Below are positions 44,293 through 57,840 of a DNA stretch of 64,000 nt, in pieces. Source of the DNA: Eledone cirrhosa (taxonomy: Eukaryota); assembly GCA_964016885.1 (NCBI GenBank), contig OZ024743.1, positions 57,474,001 through 57,538,000 of the forward strand. Direction: 5' to 3'. The first letter of the stretch is position 1; the number at the start of each line of letters is the position of its first letter. The notes under the pieces are model-generated. The model was given only the letters and a program-made list of their open reading frames with translations. It searched no databases and had not been told where the DNA came from. The translations under genes were made by a program, and so were the position numbers.

Positions 44293-44567
44293 TCTCTCCC
44301 CTCTCTATCTAAACTCTCCGTTTCCTGAAGAATAACTTATGACCAAAACATCAAACCCTCTTCTCTCTTTTACGTATGCAACTAATAAGACTGTGCGGTT
44401 TTGCATCTCTGTTTATATATATATATATATTAGAAAGTGAGGTTTTTTTTACAAAATGAAAAATAACCGAGGTGTCCTACACGAGTGAAAGTATAAAGAA
44501 AAAGAGATGAAATCGAAAATGCAACTGGAGTCTTATTTTTTTAAAAATTATATATATTTATTTGGTT

Positions 44568-44605
44568 CCTTTACCGGTTTCGCAGTTCTTCTGCTTTTCA
44601 AAAGG
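44568..44605 (-). ncRNA. Minimal hammerhead with U3-A8 core variant
   Basis: CCTT TTGAAAA GCAG AAGAA CTGC GAAA CCGG TA AAGG; decayed homolog at about 61525-61563. Confidence 0.68.
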
Positions 44606-44671
44606 TGAGTTGAGATGGAGGGTCTGTGGTTTTTCTCACATCTGTGTTTTTCTCACGTCTGTGGTTTTTCT

Positions 44672-44781
<110 letters not shown>

Positions 44782-44922
44782 AGTTTATCTCGAGTTCAAT
44801 CGGGGGCAACCACAGTAAGTAAGGTAGTCAACACAAAGTAGAGTATACATATTTAATATAGAAAAGGCTTCTACAGGACTAGAACTGTTTCATTCGGGAG
44901 AAATCATATATATATATATATT

Positions 44923-44976
<54 letters not shown>

Positions 44977-45606
44977 CGTAGTTATATGATGGTGATGGTA
45001 CTGGTGTTGGTAGTAGTGGTTGTGGTGCTGGTGAGTGGTATTGTGTGTGTTAGTTGTGGTGGTATGATGGTGACGATGTAGTCGTGGTTGTGAAGTCGGT
45101 AGGAATGCTATTGCATTTGATGGTGGTGTTGGTGTTGGTATTATTATTAGTTGCAGTATTAGTTGTAGTAGTTGATACACCTATCTTTTTACTATTTTAG
45201 GCGGAACCCATCATTTCAGCATTTTTCACATTCCAAACAATTCCATTACATTCGATCCTTCAAACAGACAACTCCACCTTCTCCTCACAGACCCTTCAAT
45301 TACAATCTCTTCGCTCTACATTGCTCTCTTCGTTTTGCTCTCTACTTCCTCCCTACATTGCTTTCTACTTCCTCTTTATTTTGCTCTCACCTTCTTCACC
45401 ACCTCACCCTTATCTTCCTCTCTACCTCGCCCTCCTTTTTACCTGTGACTTTCTGCTTCATTAAATTAATTACACTTATTATTTCCAACGCATTCTTCCG
45501 ATCAAATGTTGGTTTATTTAAGCTAAAGCCACATTCCTGTGGAAAGATTTGTGTTGTATGTTATCGAGAGTTCCAGACATATTTCTTTATAGGAACTACA
45601 TACTAG

Positions 45607-45773
45607 ACGCAGGCATGGCTGTATGGTTAAGGAGTTCACTTCGCTGCCACGTGTTTCCGGATTCAGCCCGACTGCGCCGTACATTGAGCAAGTTTTTTTT
45701 TCTACGGTCTCGGGTAAACGAATGCGATGTGACGGAAATTTGGTAAATAGAAACTGCACTAAATTGTCATGTA

Positions 45774-45775
<2 letters not shown>
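45607..45775 (+). mobile_element. tRNA-derived SINE
   Basis: GACGCAGGCATGGCTGTATGGTTAAG..GGATTCAGCCC; related copy at 58985-59130. Confidence 0.65.
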
Positions 45776-45805
<30 letters not shown>

Positions 45806-46037
45806 ACGAAGGAAATGTGGTAAGGAACCAGGTGGACCATAACGCACCAAAGTACTCAATACTTAGGGTAGTAGAGTGGGTAATAGGAACAAGTAAGACC
45901 CCAGGGGCTCTTACTTGTTCCTATATATATATATATATATGCGTTCACAGATTGACTTTGTTAGTTTCAGAAGATCCCGTTAAGGGTGAAAGCAGCGATT
46001 CTTTGCTTAAACTTTAATCTGTTATTTTAATAAATAA

Positions 46038-46091
<54 letters not shown>

Positions 46092-46221
46092 GCAAAAGTT
46101 CTATTTAAATTGTTAGGATACAACAATAAAATATTTTTATAACTGATATAAAGCACTCAACAAATAATTGGAGTAAAAATACGATATTGACAAATGGAAA
46201 CTATATTTATAAAACCATATT

Positions 46222-46286
46222 TATTTCATTATACATATTTCAAGGACACCAAGTTAAATTATGGTGTGCTTTCATCAGATAAAATA
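46222..46286 (-). ncRNA. Type I hammerhead ribozyme
   Basis: TATTTTAT CTGATGA AAG-C-ACACCA..TGGTGT-C-CTT GAAA TATGTA TA ATGAAATA. Confidence 0.82.
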
Positions 46287-46411
46287 TAATATAGAGCAGT
46301 TTTATAAATAAATATTGACATACCCTTAAAGAATGTAACCATTAATGGAACAGTAATGGTTGCATTCTTTAAGGGCATGTCAATATTTATTTATAAAACT
46401 GCTCTATATTA

Positions 46412-46476
46412 TATTTTATCTGATGAAAGCACACGATAATTTAACTTGGTGTCCTTGAAATATGTATAATGAAATA
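46412..46476 (+). ncRNA. Type I hammerhead ribozyme (inverted partner)
   Basis: CTGATGA AAG-C-ACAC..GTGT-C-CTT GAAA TATGTA TA. Confidence 0.8.
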
Positions 46477-46753
46477 AATATGGTTTTATAAATATAGTTT
46501 CCATTTGTCAATATATATATATATATAAATAATAATTTTTAATATGTTACCTCCGTAACTATGTATGTTTACACTCTTCACAAATTATCGCCTGTAACTA
46601 TTTGATGTGTCTATTTTAAATACATACGTCATCTTACTTCTATTTAAATATAAATGCTCGGATTTACTACCTGGAATCTTAGAGCTTATTCCACAGGTGT
46701 TATGGCGCATGATTCTGATATTCTCAGACATGACATCCTTAATCTAATTTTTG

Positions 46754-46832
<79 letters not shown>

Positions 46833-46873
46833 TTCAAAATATTAACAAAATAGATATTCTTGTGATCAATTAT

Positions 46874-46938
46874 ATTTTATTATACATATTTCAGAGATAC
46901 TGAGTTAAGTTTAGCAGTACGTCCTCATCAGATAAAAT
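46874..46938 (-). ncRNA. Type I hammerhead ribozyme
   Basis: ATTTTAT CTGATGA GGA-C-GTACTG..CAGTAT-C-TCT GAAA TATGTA TA ATAAAAT; lies inside fold-back 46826-47147. Confidence 0.8.
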
Positions 46939-47159
46939 AAGATGATGCATGACATATCCTGACATAGTAGATGGTTAAGATTCAGTCATGGTAGTATATC
47001 TATTTTGAATATCTATAAGAATATCTATTTTGTTAATATTTGAATTAATATTAATAACTCTGGAAAACCTTTTGTCTGTTGAGTGCTTCCAATCTATTGT
47101 AAAACTCATTCTTTGATGTATTCATTGAACCTTGTTTAACTTTTAAATATATATATATA

Positions 47160-47359
47160 TATATAGGAAAAAGTATGACCCCGACGGCAGAGCTCAAGCC
47201 GTTTCGGCGGCTATTTCTGGACAGTTCTGAAATAGCCGTCGAAACGGCTTGAGCTCCGCCGTCGGGGTCATACTTTTCCCTATTTCCCACTCTACTGCCC
47301 TAAGTATTGAGTACTCTGGTGCGTTATGGTCCATCTGGTTCCTTACCACAATTCCTTTG

Positions 47360-47362
<3 letters not shown>
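47160..47362 (+). mobile_element. PLE-terminus-like mini-element with terminal palindrome
   Basis: Palindrome 47162-47282; TGAGTACT at 47308; (TA)n flanks. Confidence 0.6.
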
Positions 47363-47406
<44 letters not shown>

Positions 47407-47462
47407 AATAGAAAAGTTCAGACAAGTTGAGAAAACAACTGTACGTTTAGTAAAGTAAGGTG

Positions 47463-47540
<78 letters not shown>

Positions 47541-47554
47541 TATACACATATATA

Positions 47555-47621
<67 letters not shown>

Positions 47622-47732
47622 TTAGGGTAAATATTGATGCAATTCAATTCAAGCACTCAACGTAATTTTTCCACATAGGAGTGACGGAGCAAATATAGAA
47701 TAAGTAAAAACATAACCCTTATTATGTAACAA

Positions 47733-47806
47733 GCTGTCTGATGATGTCACGACACTCGCACACAGAACAGTGTGGCCAGTGTCGTCATTGAAATATATAT
47801 CACAGC
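47733..47806 (+). ncRNA. Type I hammerhead ribozyme with extended stem II
   Basis: GCTGT CTGATGA TGT-C-ACGACACT..CACAC/GTGTG..AGTGTCGT-C-ATT GAAA TATATA TC ACAGC. Confidence 0.85.
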
Positions 47807-47890
47807 ATTATTATTAAAGGACTTGAACATCTGAAACTACTTTGCTTTTACTTATTCTCTCTCTCTCTCTATATATATATATATTATATA

Positions 47891-47928
<38 letters not shown>

Positions 47929-47930
<2 letters not shown>

Positions 47931-48700
47931 ATTTGCAAAGCTGTCTAAATGTAATGTTATAACGCTAGGGTAATATACCCTATTGAGTGCTTAGCTGCAC
48001 ACCGAGATTGCATTCGTTAGCTTGGCTGCGACCAGAGCTTCGATGATGCTGTACTAAATTTTGTATTATTATCTCCTAGAATTAACGATTAATTGATTAA
48101 TTTAATTAGACAATTCTATTGATTGATTAATTGTTTATGTTTGTTTGATAACTTCTAGTTGAGTGCTTAATTCGGTTTGTGTAAAGGAATTTTATTGCTT
48201 TGTTCCAAATTTGAATTGACCGCCAAAATCGGGGGTTACCTCCCTTCGGGAAAAACATGTGCCTTCTAGCAGTGCTTACTGCTAGCATTCACACCCGGGC
48301 GGACGAGAACGAAAAACTAGTTGACGAAGTAAATTCCTTGTTCTATCTTCCCAAAACCATTAACTTGCAGACCCCTGCAAGTGGATTTTGTCGATTTCGG
48401 ATTTACAGTAACCTAGCGGAGATATTATATATTATATGTGATGTATATTATATGGTATATATCATGTGTTGTGTATGATGTCGACGCGATGGTCCAGGTT
48501 AGTCAAATTTTTATCCTCAGTTCATTTTTTTTCGTCGCTGCGGCCCGTCTATCGGTCGCTGTCTTCAATTTGCAAAGCTGTCTAAATGTAATGTTATAAC
48601 TCTAGGGTAATATACCCTATTGAGTGCTTAGTTGCACACCGAGATTGCATTCGTTAGCTTGGTTGCAACCAGAGCTTCGATGATGCTGTACTAAATTTTG

Positions 48701-48706
<6 letters not shown>
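47929..48706 (+). mobile_element. Non-coding element with about 140-bp terminal direct repeats (period 637 bp), in (TA)n
   Basis: 47929-48068 is approximately equal to 48566-48705; three TGAGTGCT motifs. Confidence 0.65.
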
Positions 48707-48740
<34 letters not shown>

Positions 48741-48767
48741 CAAAATTTAGTACATATTTTTACATAT

Positions 48768-48847
<80 letters not shown>

Positions 48848-49283
48848 GTGTGTGTGTGTGTATGTGTTTATATGTGAACAAATATATATGTGGGTTTACA
48901 TTTATGTCCGTGTATTCGGGTATATTCCACTACTCCTCAACCGTCAACCCTCACCACACCAGGCTCCACACCACCACCGCCATCACTGCAACTACTGTTG
49001 TTACTGTTGTTGTTGGTGCAATATATAGTATGAATTAACAAACCTAATGTAGAAAGCCAAGAAATTAATATTACTTAATTAAAATTACTCCTCTAATGAA
49101 GAGAAAAATTATTATCCAAAATGGCCGATTCCGTTTGAATAAGGTGGTAGGGTAGAGAGAGTACATCAATTATGTTAGCACCAACTTAACTATTATGTTT
49201 CATACTGTAGACGACCATTGTAACTTCTCCTGAGCCTTCTTTCAAACAACATAATTGAGCTTTCTATGTAAACAGATATACGA

Positions 49284-49350
<67 letters not shown>

Positions 49351-49377
49351 AATATACACAAAGACACAGACACACGC

Positions 49378-49575
49378 AGTGGGTTGGCAGTATTGGTAGA
49401 GGGTCGGACAAAATGGTTTGTAGCTCTTTACATTCTAAGTTCGAATCTCGCCGAGGTTATATTTGCCTTTCATCATTACGGGGTCAATAAAATAAAGCAC
49501 CACTAACGTACTGGCGTCGATTTAATCGTGTTTCTCCTCACCCAAATTGTTGGCGTCGCGCCTAAATCAGAAGCC
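49378..49575 (+). mobile_element. Decayed Meta-type tRNA SINE
   Basis: TGGCAGTATTGGTAGAG..AAGTTCGAATC..GCCTTTCATCATTACGGGGTC. Confidence 0.7.
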
Positions 49576-49831
49576 ATTTAACTGGCTTCTGTTTTTAGAG
49601 TGCGGTCTTCCAGAGATTTAGGCAATCACATTGATCCCAGTAGTTATTTACTAATGCTTCACCCTGTATATATATATATATATATATTGAAAGTAGCGAT
49701 TCTTTGCTTAAACTTTAAACTGTTATTTTAATATATATATGTATATATATATATATATTATAATAAAATAACACGAGGCTGGACATACGGAATGACCAGC
49801 TCTATCCAGTGGTGAACCTTCAAACCTAAAT

Positions 49832-49924
<93 letters not shown>

Positions 49925-49943
49925 ATGCATATATGTATGTATG

Positions 49944-50398
49944 TCAGGTCGTTATTCAGTATTATTGGTAACAGGTAACCCTGTACAACCTGTGCATGGT
50001 CGGATCGTTGGACACCCTGCGCGATGAAAAACAAAGCCAGTCAAAGGGGAGGGGGAGGAACTCAGCAGAGTCAACGACCCCCCAATAAAGTTTTTTTTTT
50101 GTGGAGCGAGAGACTCATAGTCTTCATTAAGACATCTCTCCAGAAGAAGGTCTCTCTTATATAAAACCTGCGACTTCGTTTGTATCCAATAATGGAGACT
50201 AGTTCTATTTTGGGGGCAAATGCATTCGAAGTTCAGAGAGTGGAATTGACTCCATGGAAAACCTTTCCTAACTTAAAAAAGCTTCAAGCACAGTCATCGC
50301 TTGATATGTGACATTTTTTGCGATGCGAAAAGCCACGTCCGTGATGCTCATGCTTAAGTATCAATGATGGTATTACTCGAAATCGAGTTGCAGCCATC
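49944..50398 (+). mobile_element. Diverged non-autonomous RTE derivative
   Basis: GGTAACAGGTAACCCTGTACAACCTGT..CATGGTCGGATCGTTGG resembles the 5' part of 40325-40930; 3' TACTCGAAATCGAGTTGCAGCCA then (TATG)n. Confidence 0.62.
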
Positions 50399-50445
50399 AT
50401 GTATGCATGTTTGTATGTATGTATGCATGCTTGCATGTATGTATG

Positions 50446-53400
50446 TTCTTCTGGTTTTACCAATAGAGAGAGAGTTGGTTTCTAACATAGACACAAGACT
50501 CTCTCATTGGAATTTACACAACATCAACTAGGTAGATTATGTATGCATGCATGTGTAGATATGGATGTTATTGTATGTGTGGATGTGTATGTTTTGAGTT
50601 TTATGTGTGCATGTGTATATGCTTTGCATCTGTATATGTGTATATGCAGTTATTAGATGCAGAATGTTTGGAATGCTTTACATATTGTTACTGTTCCATT
50701 AATGGATTGTACTTGTAATTTCCTAACTAGTTGTGTTCTTTCTGTTCCTGTGAAGCCTAGCTTCTCAAGATTTGTATTGAGGCAGTTACTAACATACCCC
50801 AGTGCCCCAATAATCACAGGCATAAATCTGAAGGTGTAATCAGGGTGGAGTATCTGGAGATTTCTCATCAGTTCTGCACAAATGTTCTCCTTTTCACTAA
50901 TCTTTGATGTTATATTGGCATCTGCTGGGCAGCAAATTTCCACTACTGTGCATGCTTTCTTCTACCTGTCCCATATCATAATATCTGGTCTGTTATGCCT
51001 GAATGTTATTGGGGTTTTTACTGGAACATTCCACCAGTACTCTTTCATATTATGTACATGGATGTCTTCCACATTTCTGTAGCTTTTAATGTGTTTATTA
51101 TCGGGGCTATCTTTTTTTAGGAACTGCATCGTACAGTGTTTTGGCCACTACATCATGCCTCATAGGTAGATAGTACCGCGAGGACATCTTTGGGAGGCTG
51201 CTGATGACATGGGTGATATCCTCGATGTTATTTCTGCAGAGGCTGCACTTGTTATCACATCTAGGTGTTTTGCCTGCATCCCTATCTCTTTTGTGAATCG
51301 GGTATTTCGTGCTAATCTCCTGTTCTTGGATTGCACTAGCGTATCCTTCAAAGTGGGACCCAATATAGCGGTTGATGGTCCAAGATAGATTACTTTTCTT
51401 ATCTATATTACTCTTACTCTGGAGCTTCCTGGCAACATATCCATGCATGATTTTTTGCTGATGGGCAAGCAGTTTTTCATCCATGGATTCACTGCGATAC
51501 TGCTGAGCGACATCCCTGGGTGTGAGTTTTTGATTATCACACAGGGAATATCTCTCGAGGAGTTCCTTCCCAACTCTCATGATCTTATCTGTTTCATACA
51601 GATAGACTTGCTCGAGAAACGGGCTCCTACGCTTCGAGGTTCGTAGATGTTTTCGGAGAGATATGATGCGACATTCAAATGTTGTCTGACTGATGTTAGG
51701 CCTCTGCCTCCCTGCTTACGTTTCAAGTAAAGGCGGTCTATGTCACTGTTGATGTGGAAGTTTCCGGTGTTGTTCAGTATTTTTCGAGTTCCAACATCAA
51801 CTGCTCGGATTTCATCTATCGTCCAATTGAGTATTCCAAACGTTGGTGTTAGTACAGGCAGAGCAAACACATTGTGAGCCACTGTTTTGTTTTGCGCAGA
51901 GAGTTCCGATGACCAGATCTTTCTTAATCGGGTGTAGTATTCCCTGGTTACGCGTTCTTTGTTACATATACCATTATAGGATATGTTCTCATCTATCCCC
52001 AGGTATCTGTAGCAGTCCTCATCAGATATCGGTGAAACAGTTAGGCCATTGATGACAATGTTTCTAGATTGGGTTGTTATTTTCCCCGCTTTACAGTCAA
52101 ATATGAGTATTTATCTTGGCCAAACTCCATTCCTATATCCTTTGAGAACGTTGTAACCAGGTCAAGATTTTTCTTCATCCCATCCAAGTTCTTGGCATAG
52201 AGTTTCAGATCGTCCACAAATAAATTATGGGTTAGGTTCGTATTTCTGTCCTCCTGTGAGCCAATGATGTATTCCTCACATTTCTTGAGCAGAAAGGACA
52301 AGGGGTTTAATGACAAGATGAATAATATCACAGAGAGACTGTCTCCTTGAAATATACCCCTGCAATATTTTATTTTATCAGTGAAAATAGAGTCCTCCCT
52401 CTCTGTCTTTAACCTTAGGATTGTAGCCCAAGAAGAAGACAGCCTCTCTATGGCTCTGACAATAATGTCTGGGACTTTAGCAAGCTGGAGGGCCTCTATC
52501 ATCCAATAGTGGGGAACAGAATCGAAAGCTTTCCTGTAGTCCAGCCAGACTGTAGTCATATTCCTCTTAAGTTGTTGCACCTCCGGCATCGCAGTTTTGT
52601 TGATTAGGAGTTGTTCAGCACATCCCCAAACCCCTTTCTTTCCAGCTGCCTGTTCATCTGTGATGATGTTATTATTTTCACAGTGGTCTTGGAGGAATAG
52701 GTTCAGGCAGGCTGTATACATCTTATACATCAGCTTCTGGCATGCAATGGGTCGGTAGTTTTTTGCCAAGTGGGTGTCTTTGTTCTTGGGCACCAGTAAT
52801 GTTTGTGCTAATGTCAACCATTCTGGTATAAGTGTATCTCCCTTAAGAACTTGTTGGTAGAGGTCAGTAAGATACCTCCGATAGAATATCAGTTTTTTGT
52901 ACCAGTAGCCGACAATCATGTCTCTTCCTGGTGTTTTCTTATCTTGGAGTTTTCCTTTCACAGTCTCAAGGGTACCATCACTTATTTTGTATGTGTTTGT
53001 TGTAGTGTAGAAGCAATAGTTCTTTCGGATTTCTCACTGCATCTTGGTTGAAATTCTTCTTTTGACCCATATTTTGCTCCAAAAGGAATCTATGTCTTTC
53101 TGGGATGGGGCCTCAGTGACACTTATTATTTTGTTCTTCATATTTCTATAGACTGATGTTTGGTTTCGTCTGAATCTTTTATTAAGCACTTTCCTCTCAT
53201 CTACCTTCGTCAGGTATCGGCGTTTTTCGCTAACAGCTCTCAATTCTTGTTTGAGGGTGATAAGCTTATATTGGAGAGTTCTGGTTCTACTGTTACCAAA
53301 CATCGTCTATATTTTATTTTTCACTCTTTGTTGGTGAGGAGTGAGGTTTGTTTGCATGTAAGGAGCATTGTCACATGTCCTATGTTTTTTCGTAGGTCAG

Positions 53401-53647
53401 CAATCTTTTTTTCTATTTTAGTTATATATGATGGTATTTTTGGTGGTGTTTTGTTCTTGTTAATATCTCTGCTATCACCAAGATAATGCTTCACTGTCGT
53501 TGCTAGGACATATAAACAGGCGTTGATTTGCCAAAATGTTGGGGTTTTTATCCGTCGTAAATATTCATCCCCTATTTCGTCAATAACACGTAATATTTCA
53601 TTATTTGGTTTTTTTATTCAACATTGTCGTTTTAACACGTTCAGCAA
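50446..53647 (-). mobile_element. R4/Dong-type family B, longest copy (3.2 kb; RT + CCHC + RLE), frameshifted and 5'-truncated
   Basis: ORF 52077-52961: KTPGRD, NYRPIAC, WLDYRKAFDSVPH, GIFQGDSLS, LFVDDLKL; downstream CSLC..HVISS, RHD, EICCP; (TATG)n on both sides. Confidence 0.95.
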
Positions 53648-53705
53648 TGTATGTATGTATGTATGTATGTATGTATGTATGTATGTATGTATGTATGTAT
53701 GTATG

Positions 53706-53773
<68 letters not shown>

Positions 53774-53893
53774 AAATCCCAATTTACATGTCTCTATAAC
53801 CACTCTGCATCTCCCACTGCATTGAGTACTCCCATGATTAGTGGTCTCCCCGGTCTCAGCATCACAGACTTTCTTTCTCTCTCTCTCTCTCAC

Positions 53894-53987
<94 letters not shown>

Positions 53988-54194
53988 GTATGTGGTTGAC
54001 GGCTGAGAGAAATGATTACTCAATAGCGACGTAGAGACTTAATATTCTTTTATTATGGCTGAATAGTGAATCTACTTACTCTGGAATTTCGCCTGGCAAA
54101 CCCCCTCCCCACCCCACCCCCAAAACAAAAACAAAAACAAAAAAGACAAAAAAACAGGCGAGTCTCCAGAGTAACACATCTCACCATTCAGCTT

Positions 54195-54247
<53 letters not shown>

Positions 54248-54936
54248 ATTGCACACCTGTATAATACATACATTCATGTATAATACAGGTCACGTATACA
54301 TATCTATATACAGAATATATTCTTGTACGTAGGTATAATGTATGCATGTAAATATGTATGTTTATATAAATGTAAATGTGAACATATAAAAATCACATCG
54401 CCTATTCCTTGTGAATGTTTGTGTTTGTTTGTGTGAGAGAGAGAGAGAGAGAAAGAGAGAGAAGGCTAGGGAGAAAGAAAGAGAGAGAAGGAGAAAGAGA
54501 GAGAAAGCGAGAGCGATACATAATCATACTAGCATGTTTGCTGAAATTAAACTCAAATCTAATAAACACATCCTCAAATTATTTCTTTGCTTCTTTAACA
54601 ATATTTAGCATAAACTCTATTATACATATATATATATATATGTATGTTTTTTTGTCATATCTCTAAAGATTTATTTTAAACCTGATGTTGGCAGTAATGT
54701 TTAGCAGCGTTCCTTTTACAATGTAATTATTATAAATCTAGAATGCATTTTTTCTCACCTTCTGTCACATCTGTAGGTTAAATAAGAGCTAAGCTCCCTG
54801 AAGCTATGTCAAGTATAAAATGGCGACTGTAAAGATCTTTGTAAGGATATATTCCTGTAATATTTTATAGTTAGTTTCTGATTACATTAGCTTGCTTCAG
54901 TGGTAAGTTTTCTTTGAAATGTGAATAATAATAATT

Positions 54937-55325
54937 GTTTCTACTTTTGGCACAAGGCCAGCAATTACTCAGTGCATTACTGGTACTTTATTTTATCGAC
55001 CCCGTAAGGATGAAAGGCAAAGTTAACATCGGCGGGATTTGAACTCAGAATGGAAACGGCCGTAACTCTTTGCGTCAAAGCATGGCGTCCGACCCTCTAC
55101 CGATACTGCCAATACACCGCCAATGTGAATAATAATAATAATTGTTTCTACGTTAGGCACAAGGCCAGCAATTAACCAGTGTATTACTGGTACTTTATTT
55201 TATCGACCCCGTAAGGATGAAAGGCAAAGTTAACCACGGCGGAATTTGAACTCAGAATGGCAAGGGCCGTAACTCTATGCGTCAAAGCATGGCGTCCGAC
55301 CCTCTACCAATACTGCCAATCCACA
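54937..55325 (-). mobile_element. Two adjacent Meta-type tRNA SINEs
   Basis: A/B boxes and central domain; duplication AATGTGAATAATAATAAT flanks the first copy. Confidence 0.85.
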
Positions 55326-56274
55326 ATGATAGATGATGATGGTGATCATGATGATGATAAAATAATATTGTGGTTGTTACCGGATACATTTAAACAGCCG
55401 TAATTGTAAATAATGTTGCAGACATAATGACGAAATCGAAATAATTGGACAGAATATATTCTACTATAAATGTTAAGCTTAATAATACATCTGTCTGACT
55501 ACTAAGTAACAAGTAACACAGCTGTATTTACAAAACTGTAACCAATTCATCTGTTTACCGGAGATAACACTCTTGTTTATTCATGTTTATTCCTGTTGTT
55601 ATTCACCACAGAATTATATATATATATTTGAAAAGGGAAGTAAGGTTCTATACAAAACAGTGGTTATAGAGAAAATGTGAAATTGGAAATAGCACGGAAA
55701 ATATATTTAAAGGTCTGTTTTTCTTTTTTTTTCCTTTCTTTGATTCGTCAAAGTGACATTATTGAACAAAATGAGAGGGGCAATTCTTTTAAAAAAGAGT
55801 TTTATAATGTATATAAAGTATAACCGGTTTCGATGTATTAGTAAAAATTCATCTTATTAAATGTTGAGTATTACAATTAAAAAGAATTTAAAACTAAAAG
55901 TTAAGGGTTTAGAATTAAGTGTTGAGGCAAGTTTTTTTTTCATTTTCCTTGTTGAGAAGGAGACTGGAAAGTGAGCTCTTGTGTGTAGAGAGAGATGTGT
56001 AGTCATGGTAGTAGCAGCAGCTATATAGTAAATGACCAACCATTTAAAAAAAGCGGGTACAATGCGGTAGGAAAATACGAAGGGCAAATGATGACAAATT
56101 ATACAAAACAAAGTAATGCTTTACCCAGTGTATTTTAGCATAATATTTCAGGGCTAATACCCTCTCACTGACTTTCAACAGCCATGATCCGAGAGATTGT
56201 TTTATCTGTTGCTAATATATATATATATATATATTATTTTATCGTTCCTGGGACGTTTAGCCCTAGGAAAGGAA

Positions 56275-56363
56275 AATGCTTCTCTGATGAGCTTTGGTTT
56301 TCCATCAGAAATCCATCGGATTTATGAGGTTTTACAAAGCGAAACTGATCAGTAAGGGCCATT
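56275..56363 (+). ncRNA. Type I hammerhead ribozyme with long stem II
   Basis: AATG-C-TTCT CTGATGA GCTTTG..CAAAGC GAAA CTGATCAG TA AGGG-C-CATT; lies between (TA)n tracts. Confidence 0.82.
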
Positions 56364-56439
56364 AGAAGAGGTAAATATTTATATTATATTTTTTAATGTA
56401 TTTTAAAAAATTGGTTGAATTTTACTTGTTCTGCTTATC

Positions 56440-56507
<68 letters not shown>

Positions 56508-56961
56508 TAAAGGTTTACATATACATAAAGTTATATATGTTACAACCGGTCACTTTGTGGCTCTATGAAGAATTTATAAATTAAATAATCAGAGCAATAT
56601 ATCATAAATCATGTCTATAGAATTATTAGATAAATAAAATATATACCATTTCCTCTGCCAATCAGCATAATTAACCATATAAAAAATCAATTAGACCAAG
56701 CTATAAGGATAAAGGCTCCTATGAAGAAATCTCCGACAAACAAACGAAAGTGGCCTCTTCGCGGTGGCCTCAATAGAGTATTTATCCAACATTTCGACAG
56801 CATGTAGAAACTGACCAAATATACAATCAACCATTCACAATTTGGTGTAAATTCAAACTTAGAAGAAATGTGTACATACCGTAACTATATCTCTACCATG
56901 GTTTCATCTGTATTTTTAGATATCCAATTAATAGGAAATCCACAGATTTCGGATTCATATA

Positions 56962-57013
<52 letters not shown>

Positions 57014-57317
57014 TAACCTACAGATGTGACAGATGGTGGGAAAAAACATATTCTAGATTTATAATAATTACATTGTAAAAGGAACGCTGCGAAACCTTTA
57101 CTGCCAAACTGCTAAGATCAAGTTTATATATATATATATATATGAATAAATTTAGTCCTTCATCAGTGATCTTCCAACCTTCATTGGTATTTCATCGCTT
57201 TAAAGACCATATACCTACGGTTGGTGCGAGCAACGGCTAAAGAAAGTCGTTGGGACACGTAAATAGGGGGAACGAGCGAGACTGTAAACAATCAAAGATG
57301 GTAATGCAACGAAAAGT

Positions 57318-57840
57318 GAGGAAGAAGGAGTCAAGTCCCTGAAATCGATGAACATAAATTCTGTGAAATCGTGGAAGAGAGAGAATAAAGACCATCAAAC
57401 CTGGTCGAAATGTGAGTAAGGAAATAATTTCGCACAGGTCAAACGGGAGGAAGAAGGAGTCAAGTACCTGAAATCGATAAACATAAGTTCTGTGAAATCG
57501 TAGACGAGAGAGAATAAAGACCATACGATCTGGTCGAAGTGTGCGTGGGGAAAGAATTTCGCACAGGTCAAACGGGAGGAAGAAGGAGTCAAGTCCCTGA
57601 AATCGATGAACATAAGTTCTGTGAAATCGTGGACGAGAGAGAATAAAGACCATCAAACCTGGTCGAAATGTGAGTAAGGAAAGAATTTCGCGCAGGTCAA
57701 ACGGGAGGAAGAAGGAGTCAAGTCCCTGAAATCGATGAACATAAGTTCTGTGAAATCGTAGACGAGAGAGAATAAAGACCCTACGACCTGGTCGAAGTGT
57801 GCGTGAGGAAAGAATCTCGCACAGGTCAAACGGGAGGAAG
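57318..57840. repeat. 129-bp tandem repeat, 4 units in ABAB arrangement
   Basis: GAAGAAGGAG starts at 57321, 57450, 57579, 57708; units 1/3 and 2/4 share diagnostic variants. Confidence 0.92.

Larger units (their letters stand above)
46092..46520 (-). mobile_element. Fold-back mini-element related to 6941-8375, with paired hammerheads
   Basis: Arms about 46182-46345 / 46355-46515; TGAGTGCT on the minus strand at 46152-46159. Confidence 0.75.

Noticed and set aside
57318-57840. CRISPR array or repeat-protein exon
   Set aside because: Units are contiguous with no unique spacers, there are no cas genes, and the ORF lacks recognisable domains.
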